Positions 15,389-26,509 of a stretch of 64,000 nucleotides of DNA are shown piece by piece (the stretch's first letter is position 1; each line of letters opens with the position of its first letter). The stretch is from positions 100,006,001 through 100,070,000 of the forward strand of contig NC_043006.1 in NCBI RefSeq assembly GCF_006345805.1. The letters are read 5' to 3'. Below the pieces are notes generated by a model. The model was not told where the DNA came from. It saw nothing but the letters and a program-made list of their open reading frames with translations, and searched no databases. Position numbers and translations under genes: made by a program. The stretch comes from Octopus sinensis. Taxonomy: Eukaryota.

Positions 15389-15497
15389 TAATAATATCAA
15401 CAAAAAAACCTTAGGAATGAAAACCCAGGGTTTGGTTCAAAATCCTACTAGGACACCTGATGGAGGCTGGAGAGTAAATCAGTCGAAACGTTGTGGT
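15266..15497 (+). ncRNA. tRNA-like head + (AAT)n + hammerhead module, inverted pLTR copy
   Basis: TAGTGTAACGG...GGGCTACTAACCC...GAGTTCAAGA; ACAC-CTGATGG-AGGCTG...CAGTC-GAAAC-GTT-GTG (core A9 mutated). Confidence 0.65.
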
Positions 15498-16858
15498 AAC
15501 AACAAACAAGATGGGGACTCATGTCAAAAATATAGAACAGACCTGCATAATATGTTTGGGCATATGAAATTTGAGGGAAATCTTATATATAAGTGTTCTT
15601 CGTGTATGTTCACCCTTGCATCTATATATCTGCATGAATATACACAGTAAGCATTATTTATATGCACGCATGCTCATATATATAAACGAACACGCGCGTA
15701 TATATATTTCAATGCACAACATTGTACTTACACATGCTTATATATGTATGAATATTATTCATCTGGATAGCATGTATTTGCATTCATAAACATTGCATGC
15801 ATATTAGTATATAAATGTACGCGTTGTACACTTGAAACGCATAAGTGTTTGTGTATATATTTTTGTGTATAAGCAGTGGAGAGGTAACGTGAAGTACACG
15901 CGATGACGTGAATCAGTGTCTGAGGTTTGAGAAGACAATGAGGCTTATTAATGCAAAGGTATTCATTTATGGATGCATGATACGTAGGCTGTATTCAACT
16001 TAAAGAAAAATATTTATAAATAAAGCAAAAGGGAGATAACAAATCTGAAACGTAGACAAGGCTGTAGTGGAAGCCTCAGAAAGGGATGACCAACAGAACT
16101 GAATTAATTAACTTATCGGCTTGAAATCTATTTGACGCAATTCCGTTCTGCTTTCATCCATTTTTTATTCAACACGGTGTATTTGATGCAAACAATTTCG
16201 TAATTCAATGTTTTTTTTTTTCTCTTCTCAAATAAACACGACTAAAATATTGGATTGTATTTTCTTCCTCGGCGACGAATTATATACATGAAAATGTTTT
16301 GAACTCGGTTATTTTTAAGAGTTCATTCTGGAGGAGGATTCTATTTCTAAAACACTTTTCTTCAAAAATTGCTGATTTCGATGCCGTTGATTTTGATCTT
16401 GAAAATCTAGAGATTAACGGCGACATTTGAGAGTCGTAGATATTCCAGAGGATTGACCCACTGTGAAGAGTGTTTTCAAATGCAAAAAAAAAATTATAGT
16501 GAGACAGATATTATGTAGATACAGGGAAAGGGAAATATAGCCTGCCTAATAAGCTTAGGTTGAGCTAGTGTGCATTCAGTTGGCCAATGGGATCAAGAAG
16601 TGAATTTGTGACAGTTATAAAACAAGTAGAGTGACTGGACATCGCGTTTAAATGTTAGAGTTTGAGTAGCTCCATGTATAACACGAGATTTTTTTTTATC
16701 GATGTAGCACTAATGTTTGTAAGCGTTTAACACTTCGATCACAGATGTAGAAAATAGAATTTTTTTACGGGGACATCGCCTGATACCTGTTACTGATATT
16801 GAAGTTATATCAGCAAGAACGGAAGTGGTATACTTTTCATGTCATCCTTAATTAAAAA

Positions 16859-17257
16859 TCTTTATATATAAAAGAGAGGTTGTGTGCTGCCTGTCTCCTA
16901 CGATTTAGATTCCTAACTACGCCCACATTTTGCGGTGCAGTTTAACCAAAACCGGGTATCTTATAATCGTGATTCATATCGAGCCCTTCTGGGTATTAGC
17001 GCGCGTCTACGATGAGTCTACGATTTAAAAAACATTTACCATCATTTTTTTCCATTTTAATGCATTTCTTTCGCTATTATATAAGGGAAGTAACTCTCTA
17101 AAAATGTCTGCGATGTGTCAACGATTTAAAAAAAAAATTACCATAATTTTTTTCCGTTTTTAATGCATTTTTTGCTATTTTTTGGCTATAACTCTCTAAA
17201 AATGCTTATATAGCTATTTCCCTTACAAACCCGAGCAACGCCGGGCGATACAGCTAG
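16859..17257 (+). mobile_element. Non-autonomous Helitron
   Basis: A|TC start, subterminal hairpin CCCGAGCAACGCCGGG, CTAG|T end, no TSD. Confidence 0.85.
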
Positions 17258-17805
17258 TGTATGATATGTTTTGAATTGCTATTCATCATAGACACTTAAT
17301 CGTATGGTATCGAAGTTAATATTAGTTCATTTCGTTTCCTTGTAACTGATTTAAATTTTTGTTAGATAATAAGATTTCAAACAACACCTTTATTTTACGA
17401 AATAATTATTATGAAAAGTGTTTTGATTGTAACCTCATTATTCTCTGAAAGAATATATTAGTCACATAAGTAAACATTTAATAAAACAGAGGTTGAAAAT
17501 AAGTATGGCTTTGTCAGGGTTGGAAGGACTTCGGCAGCATTTTTCTTTGCGAGATGACGCTGCAACAGGTGAGATAAGAGAAATGAAGAAAGAATCCATT
17601 TATCATACCTCATTTTCACATAGGCTTCTTACAGTATTGCAGCTGTAAAGACGTCGCTAACTACACCTACAAATCAGCTGATGTCGACAAACATATGTGA
17701 CATTAATAAGCTCAACTCAGAATTGATAGAGTCCAACTCAAGTCTTCCGGTTCTATTTTTCTCAATCAAGCAAGGTGTGTGATTCTCGTAGGTTTTTAGA
17801 ATAAA

Positions 17806-18317
17806 CTAGCAGTATCGCCCGGCGTTGCTCGGGTTTGTAAGGGAAATAACTATATAAGCATTTTTAGAGAGTTACTTCCCTTATAGATTCCAATTCGGGC
17901 TTTCTTAGCCATTTCTGTTTTGGTGTCTTCAAGCCATGAAGTCGTTGTTCTAAAAGAACGCTGGTCTCCTTGACAACGCTTTACGACGTTGATTTCCTTA
18001 CACCCCTTCCCCACAGCTTCACGGGGGAGGGAAGAAGGGGGAGAAGCAAACAGGTGCAGGTGTGACCATGGACGCCAACTCCGCCGCCATCGACACACGA
18101 AAAATTATGCATTAAAATGGAATAAAAAATAATGTTAAATTATTTTTAAAATCGTAGACTCATCGTAGACGCGCGCTAATACTCAGACGGGCTTGATATG
18201 AATCACGGCTATAAGATACCCGAATTTGGTTAAACTGCACCGCAAAATGTGGGAGTAGTTAGGAATCTAAATCGAAGGGGACAGACACTCACACAACTAC
18301 AGTTTTATATATATAGA
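17806..18317 (-). mobile_element. Non-autonomous Helitron, same family, different internal segment
   Basis: Reverse-complement termini of 16859-17257 (A|TC...hairpin...CTAG|T). Confidence 0.85.
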
Positions 18318-19014
18318 TTTCCAGGAAGTGTCATATGATTGCAAAACAGCCATGTTAATCACACATGGATACGTTTAGTTTCATATTTTGCGTGACGTAA
18401 TATTTGTATGAGAAACGTAGGTAATTGTACAGGATTATGCCTTTTGTTTATTAGTCATAACCTGAATGACAAAACTCCGGACAACATAATAAATATCCAT
18501 TCATTTTATGTCTTCATTGATATATGTGTCTACTCTAGAAGGGAGAATAAATCTATTTTGTTCAAGCAAGTTTCTGTCATGCGCTAATGTCACATCTCAA
18601 GGCAAGTCCCGAAATATAGGCTGACACAATTATAGTTGATGTTTGAAGTTACTGCAACGATTATATTTCATAGCACAGAAACGAAATAGCAAAGCGAATA
18701 ATAGGACTGTGTTATCTGTTCATAGCTCATGAATAAGAACCAGCCATACTTTATTCCGCTTCCTTCGCCTCATTCAGAATTCCCCATTATGTAACAGATC
18801 AACATCAATAAACATCAAGATACTGGCACATTGACGTTGAAGCATATTTAGACATAACGATTCAAGACAAATAGCATCAGACATATACGTCACCACATAT
18901 CACAAGTTTCTACGTAAACAAGGTGAAGCGTAAATAGTTACGTGGTTGAAATACCGGGTAGAAATAGCAGCCAAATCTCATTTGATATGGGTGTCCAATA
19001 TTAGTTCCACAAAA

Positions 19015-19200
19015 CAAAATGCTTGGCGGCATTTCGTCAGTCTTGACGTTCTGAGTTAAAATTTCACCGAGGTCGACTTTGCTGTTTATCAATTCGGGGT
19101 CGATACAATAAGTACCAGTTGAGTACTGAGGTCGATGTAATCGACTTATCCACCCCCACCACCGACATTGCTGGTCTTGAGCCAAAATCTGAAACCAATA
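19015..19200 (+). mobile_element. SINE family A-related partial copy
   Basis: TTCTGAGTTAAAATTTCACCGAGGTCGACTTT...GGGGTCGAT core. Confidence 0.7.
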
Positions 19201-19415
19201 TTAAACTCGACAAATGTCGTACATAGGAAACTAGTCTGTCGGAGTTTCTTCGAATACAATTGTTCAAGTGTTTCGCAAAGATATCGGAATTACAACTAGT
19301 CTTTTATGTCTACACACTGTTAGTTGACCATCAGCCTGTTTTCAGGGTTTGACGAGAATAAGCAGCAACACACACAAATGTACAGACTAGTACATAGATA
19401 TATATGTACATACGA

Positions 19416-19495
<80 letters not shown>

Positions 19496-19514
19496 AAACA
19501 TATATGTAGTTAGA

Positions 19515-19592
19515 TAGGCAGGCAGGCAAGTGCGTTTGTATGTATGTATCTATGTATGTATGCATGTATGTGTATGTATGTAAGTAGGTAGG

Positions 19593-19629
<37 letters not shown>

Positions 19630-19678
19630 GTAGGGAGGGAGGTAGGTAGTTAGGTAAGTATTTATGTAGGGAGGTAGG

Positions 19679-19712
<34 letters not shown>

Positions 19713-19868
19713 TGTAGGTAGGTAGGTATAGGTAGGTAGGTAGGTAGGTATAGGTAGGTAGGTGGGTGGGTAGGTAGGTAGGTAGGTAGGTAGGTAGGTA
19801 GGTAGATAGGTAGGTAGGTAGGTAGGTAGGTACGTACGTAGGTAGGTACGTACGTAGGTAGGTAGGTG
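19515..19868. repeat. (GTAT)n/(GTAG)n tetranucleotide compound microsatellite
   Basis: Direct reading; continues at 20190-20250. Confidence 0.9.
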
Positions 19869-19869
19869 A

Positions 19870-20185
19870 AGGTGCATGTCTCCGTGGTTACAGTGTCGGG
19901 ATCACAATCAGAAGATAATGACTTCTAATCCTGGACAAGGATGTTTGTTGTGTTCTTGAGCAAGACACTTTATTTCACGCTGCCCTAGTTCACTCAGCTC
20001 TAGACATTAGTTACGAAGTCACTGGTGCCAAGCTGCATCGGCCTTTGCCTTTCCCCTGGATAACATCGGTGGCGTGAAGAGGGAACGCTGGTATGCATGG
20101 GTGACTTCTAGTCTTCCATAAACAATTTTGCCCGGACTTCCAGGAAAATTTCTATGGCCATTCATGACCGAATGGTTTTCGTTAT
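19870..20185 (+). mobile_element. Diverged tRNA-derived SINE (family D) within a (GTAG)n tract
   Basis: tRNA-like head followed by TTGTGTTCTTGAGCAAGACACTTTA core typical of CORE/Ceph-type SINEs. Confidence 0.6.
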
Positions 20186-20394
20186 CCTATGTAAGTAGGT
20201 AGGTAGGTAGGTAGGTAGTAGGTAGGTAGGTAGGTAGGTAGTAGGTAGGTATACACAAAGAAACATATTTACATGCACTAATTGAAGCTACAACATGTTT
20301 CCAGTTCACACAGTCATCTCCATCATACAAACGTAAACACATTCATAGAGAGATTCATGAACTTTTAAGTCGTAATTTCTTTAAACATACCTTA

Positions 20395-20790
20395 TAGGGA
20401 AGAAGGCTACTTCCCAACCACATGGTTCCGGATTCAGCCCCACTGTGTCGCACAAGTTCCGGCTGACTTAAGCCCTGTGAGGGAATTTGGTAGATAGAAA
20501 ATGAAAGACGCTCGTCGTATAAATACATATTTATATGTGAGTTTGTGTGTGTCTTTATCTCCACCACCACTTGAAAACCGGTGTTGGTGTGTTTATTTCG
20601 CCATAACTTAGCTGTTCGGTCAAAGAGTTTAGTATCATAAGTAGCAGGTTTAAAAAATGGAAAGAAATACTGGAATCGATTTATTTAAATCACTGAAGGC
20701 GGTGCCCCAGCATGGCTGCAGTCTGATGACTGACACAAGTAAAAGAACAAAAGAACAAAAGAACAAAAGAATAAAAGAATAAAAGAATCT
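20395..20790 (+). mobile_element. Diverged SINE family B
   Basis: CCAACCACATGGTTCCGG...GGCGGTGCCCCAGCATGGC...(AAAAGAAY)n tail. Confidence 0.8.
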
Positions 20791-21949
20791 CCGTCAATTT
20801 AGCAAAATTATAATAATTGTGCTGAGTCTTTTATCTCTGGATGATGACAGGGTGTCATGACATATCGTTAGTTTGAAGTGAATTTGATACTGAGTTTAGG
20901 AGATTGCTTAATGGGCAATATCTCCTTATTTCGCCCTTCCAAACTCACCTTGATGTATAAGCACATTGAATTCAAGAACTCACTTCGAAGATAATAAGAC
21001 GAAAATAGAAACGTGTAGAATGGTTCCCACCTTGCATAATTACATTAATCAGGGTATATATCATGTCACACTTCACCTAGCTTTTGTCATCACCAGGTGA
21101 AAACAACCTTCTGAAGTTTGGCATGAAACTTATCGTCTTTCAGTGTTCCCGAATCATACTCTGCGCTTAGAGAAAGTGTCATTGAAGGTTTAAGGTCATC
21201 GGCTATGCTCCTTGCTTTGTTTCTTCCTCCTGTCAAACTGGATTGTCAAGGTGTAGTAGCTGGTAATATTACAACTGTATGGAGTTATATGAGGGAGATT
21301 TATATTACAGGTAGTGAACAAAATTGGATGTCCGTATGACCACTAGAAATGTTGACTATCATTTACTGCTCTTTCTTTAACATGTTAGACACAAATGCAC
21401 ATACCTACAGCAACGCATCAAAATGATGTTTATATCTAAATATGCATATGCACGAAATAAACATACAATAAATGCCATACATATATTTATTACCATACAT
21501 TTGCACAGGCACATAAGCTCCCTTTCCTTACACACACACATAAATTCAAATTCTGTGTGCATATACATATTATATATATATATATATATATATAAAAGGG
21601 ATGACCACAACATGGACAGCACTTATGCTAGAAGTAGGTCCGCTATGGTCTTACCATTAAGAAAGGTTCTCAAAATGTTTCACCCTCATTATATGTATGT
21701 ATATGCATATATATAAATATACATACATGTGTGTGTGTGTGTGTGTGAATTTGGCTAAATATAGGCCATGGAAAATGAATAGAAAATGGATGAAAATGAA
21801 CGCAGATAGAGACATAGAACGACAAACTTTTACAGCGCATGACTTAAAGTTATGCAAGGTACATCAGACAAACATGCAGAAGCATAGACACATACATTTT
21901 CAAAGAAAACAATGGATGCAAATTGAAAGGATGTAATTTAGCAAGCATT

Positions 21950-23410
21950 TACTTTCAACTTCCAGACATGTTTTGCCGGACTGGTCTTTGTTCTATTTTA
22001 GGGGTACCAGAAGGAATTTCTATGGGAATAAAAACTTGTTTTGAAAGAATTTTCTGAAGCCCCTGTTTATGTTTTATATTTATGTGAGCTTTCTATTTGT
22101 ACTTTGGCCTGAGACACAATCCCTTTCTCCAAACCTTTTCCTTCCAACCGACAAGAGGTCTCATCTTTGAAATTGTAATTCTTCGGATTAGAATCTGTAC
22201 TGTGGTTATTTGTAATTATTCTTGTGTCGGCAAATGAAAGAGGCGAAGATTTTACAAGAATAACTAATCTTCACCTTTCTTCTGTTAAATATTCTATAAA
22301 ACTTATGGTTAAGTTGAAAATGTTTAGAGATTAATTTTAAGAATTCCCCACCTACATTAGTTTATACGGCCATATTAAACCCAGTGTTGAACCACAAAAC
22401 CCTCCTAGTTCTACTTCTACGCGTGATATTACTGCTAGCATTAACTTGGTTGTGCAGGGTTTTCTCAGAGAATCCACTATTCCTTAATGCGTTATTTAAT
22501 AGGGTGCATCATTTTGAAATGCTGTCTCATCCGAAGAAATTGATGATATTCGTCTACCTACATTACTAATTAGGTTCCGAATAATAGCTGGTCGATGAGT
22601 AAATTATTTGCTAATATAAGACATCCTTTCATTAGACATACGGTAAGGTTTGAATCTATCTAACTATCTAACTGTAAATCTAAATTTATATCTAAGAAAT
22701 CTACACTTTTAAGACTACTATCTATCGTAATCCATAACTGTACGGCCGTCATCCCTATATAATCCTGTGTCTATAAACGGGAATTCTAGATATAGAATAT
22801 GCAAAATATAAGCTCCTACGAGCACTCATAACTAAGCCCTGTCGCATGCCCCCATTGGTACATCGAACAGAGAATCGTCACTCTTTTTGACCCGGGTAGA
22901 ATCCTCGAAAAAAAAAATAAGGGATTTCCTCACATGTATGATATTGATTTCCGAGTCATCGATACTGACATACTGCTTGGTGAAATCTAATGCTTTTAGA
23001 AGAAAAGGCCTGGATATTGACGGGTAATATCAAACTGTGTAAATTTGCTCTAATGCTTATGGCCAATCCCTTGAAACCTATCTATTACTGACTTACTGTT
23101 TTTTATCCAAATCCATAAATTTAATTTGCTATTTAACTTAGATAAAATACGATCTAAAATATATTTGCTAATAATATCTATTTCAGTTTTAGCCGGATTA
23201 ATGAATCTACATTTAGGGCTTCTATTAAAATTAGATTTATGGTCTCTTAGGGTAATAAAAGGGTGGTGAGTTGGGAGATATTCTATCCTATCACTAATTT
23301 TAAGATTGTTAGCTATTCTTCTTGCCTCCGAATTCACCGTTTGGTATAAATTTGTATTTCCTTTTTTGTATGTATCTGTGATGTTATCCAATGGGTAGTA
23401 AGGGTCCATC
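21950..23410 (-). pseudogene. Penelope-like (Naiad-type) RT + start of GIY-YIG endonuclease, disrupted
   Basis: FITLRDHKSNF..PKCRFINPAK, FDVPMGA, GLYRDDG, LWFN..F...TNVG..FL.LI.KHF...IFNR..VKISYSC, SCRLEGKGL...HVWKLK. Confidence 0.9.
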
Positions 23411-24857
23411 TCTTTCAGTTGTTTCTTCTTCCTACTTGTGTAGAGTCGCTCAAACTTTCCAAAAAAGGAATGGATTACACCAGAGTAAGCACATAAATGT
23501 AAAACAAGGTGGAAAAAAGGGCACTCATATACCAGAGGTAGAGTAATATGCTTTATTTAAATGAAGCAGAAATATAGCAAAAACCTTTGAAAATGGTGTT
23601 GTTTAATTGGTCCTTTCAACTAACGGTCATAAGCATGCAATGAACAAAATACACTCAGAATAAATTCATCCTACTGTAAAATCACAAAAAACCTGAAATC
23701 GAAGGTGAATAATCGTAAACGAAATATAAGTCAATTTATACATTAAAATTAAAACTTTTCACGCTGTATTGCATATCTTTTCAGCAGTATATACGCATAC
23801 TAGACAATCTATAATAGATATATATATATATATACACCAAAATACACAGATGCATGTACATAGTAATATACACATATAGACATCTAGATGCAAGACATAA
23901 TTATATACACAAATACACATATACATATATACACGCATAAATGCACGCGCACAAAACACACTTGAATACATATACAGGTCAATTATTACGGATGAGAGAA
24001 ATGGGAAGTATCCCTTAAGCAGCGGGAGGAGGGAGAGAAAAAAAGAAATTGAAAAAGAAACAGAGACAGAAACGTAAAAACTAGCAATAAAAAGAGAAAA
24101 AAGAGAAAAAGGAAAGAAAAATGGAGTGTGTTAAGGACGCTAGCAATACATAAGTATATATTAGCATACAAATACACATATGTAATTACGTATATAAATA
24201 TACATAAATATGTACATAAATACATATTCAGAAAAGAATAAGTGTATACGCTTATACACATGTAGTATGTACGTAAATATAAGCATACACGTATACGTAC
24301 ACACATACACAGACGCACACTAAACATACATATGCATGCTTACAATAGACACGTAAACATAAAAACACATCTAGATCCCAACGTATATATACAAACGACT
24401 TTTAAACAAATTGCTCAGTGTATATAAAAATAAAAATCGGATAAAAAATATTTTCAACATCCAGCATCATGCATAGAATTATCTATGAATATAACAATTA
24501 AATAGGTTTGTAAAAATACAATAATATAAAAATAAATAATAAAAGCTTAAACTTGAAAATAATATATATAACAGTCGAAAGTTTTCTTAAAGAACACATC
24601 GAAATACATTCAATGTCGTTGCGATGCGAAACAACCGTACACTACAAAACACGAATTCAACAGTGGCATTGTAAACCATTTCAAGATTCAAAAAAATATA
24701 TAATATCCATATGGTATTTTGTCGGCTGACATTTTAAATTGTGTTCCGTGCCTGCAGGAATTTAGGAGTTCGCGTCCTTGATTCAACGCGCAATTGTCCT
24801 GGAATAAAGAATTTCGCATACGATTATTTACCATAAGTATTTGGAATCTGTTCTTCG

Positions 24858-24917
<60 letters not shown>

Positions 24918-24926
24918 TATATATAT

Positions 24927-25005
<79 letters not shown>

Positions 25006-25179
25006 CATAAACATATTCTACAGGCCAGACCACATATCATAGTGAACTAAAAACACTGAATACGGGGAGAAAATAACTGAGAAGGCAGCATATAGAAGAC
25101 GTAGAAAGTAAAAATCAGAACAGGAATAACGGAAAACGAAAACACGCAAATAAATGTAAATAAGTAAAAGAGCTATCCT

Positions 25180-25580
25180 CCTTAGACCTTATTATAAGGC
25201 TGGTAAGATATCAACAATTCAGTCAGGCAGTCAGGAATAGGCGAAAGTTTCCAATTCTGTGAAATATATTTATACATATGCTTGCAACCCCGGAACATTT
25301 CTGACCTAGATTTCGGTAGAGAGTTAGGTATCTTACATCTGAACAGGATCTGCGCTGTTTCCGTTAAAGAAAGTCTACATTTATTCGATCCATTAACATA
25401 TGGTATTGAGTTCTCAATTATCTTCCACTTAACAACATGTGGTCTTCCATTATCTTTCAAATTCCATACGTAGCTAGACAACCTAGTAGATTTACTTTTG
25501 TCTTTATGTCGGAAGGAGGCTAAGTGATTGGCATTGCGATTTTTAAATTCATCTTCACATAATCTAATATCTCATCTGCT
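25180..25580 (-). pseudogene. Naiad-type PLE GIY-YIG endonuclease C-terminal fragment
   Basis: FK.R.ANH.ASF...TRLSSYVWNLK...VKWKII...PY..GS.KC.L...RSEMFRGCKH. Confidence 0.85.
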
Positions 25581-26299
25581 CCATTATTATATTTAGGATT
25601 TAACAGTTTGTACCCATGGGCACAAACCGCTAAACCCCGCCCAACCAATTTTCTCTCTCTGACTCACTCAAAAATTCTTTCTAATATTTGATAAGATGGG
25701 TACATGGAAGCCGCTTGTATTTTATTAAACATTCTTTAAAATATATTCTCCAAATTTTATTTACATTTTCAACTGAATATATGTTTACATCCTTCCCATT
25801 CTGCATGTACTTCTTTTTTTGGCAATCGAAACTATTTAATTTACCAGCACCTTTTCTATCCTCATTTGCTATTCTTTTAAAAATATGGATTATATTTTCT
25901 GCGAAAAATCTCACATAGATTAAAATCATGTGGAATTAAAATTCGACTTCATGCACATCCTTCGAAACAGTTTGTAGAATAAATATATTTTAAATTACAT
26001 TTTCTCTTATACATTGAACATCAGAACTGGGCTGCAAATATAGTTTCACCAAGCAGTCAATGCATATATTGTCTCACTTGAATTTTGATTCTCAGTATTA
26101 CGATTTCTTCCCGTTTTGTCACGCTTAAATTTGTTCACACACTGACATTTACACATACACAAAGAACTTTTACACATATATGCATACATTTGTATGTGCA
26201 TGGATACATACATAAGTACATGTATATGGAGCGTATTATGTGTGGACCACTAACCTCAACAAGTTTTTTCATTTTCTCTCTTCTTTTATTTCCTCTTAT

Positions 26300-26430
26300 T
26301 TCTTTCTGTCGAAGAGCGTAGGCTGGAAACGTAAAATACTTCTCCATTTTTCCCGAGTGTTAAACTAATGTACTTGATTGTTGTTCCTACACCTGTCTCT
26401 GTGATTGTTTTTTTATTAATTTGAACTGTA
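26300..26430 (+). mobile_element. pLTR-like fragment with degenerate minimal HHR
   Basis: TCGAAGA-GC-GTAG-GC-TG-GAAAC-GTA; downstream tail also seen at 40700-40790. Confidence 0.45.
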
Positions 26431-26509
26431 TATATATATATATATAATATATATATATTATATATATATATATATATTATATATATATATTATAATATAT
26501 ATATATAAT

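Larger units (their letters stand above)
13390..15545 (-). mobile_element. 5'-truncated Penelope-like retroelement (Penelope/Poseidon-type RT + GIY-YIG pseudogene) with inverted pLTRs
   Basis: Minus strand RPIVSGRGS..., GLAMGSPFS, LAFLDVLITRT...VYRKP...FNSHHP, then DCVYSIPC (GIY-YIG); pLTR 13390-13860 (-) repeated inverted at ~15045-15545 (+). Confidence 0.9.
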
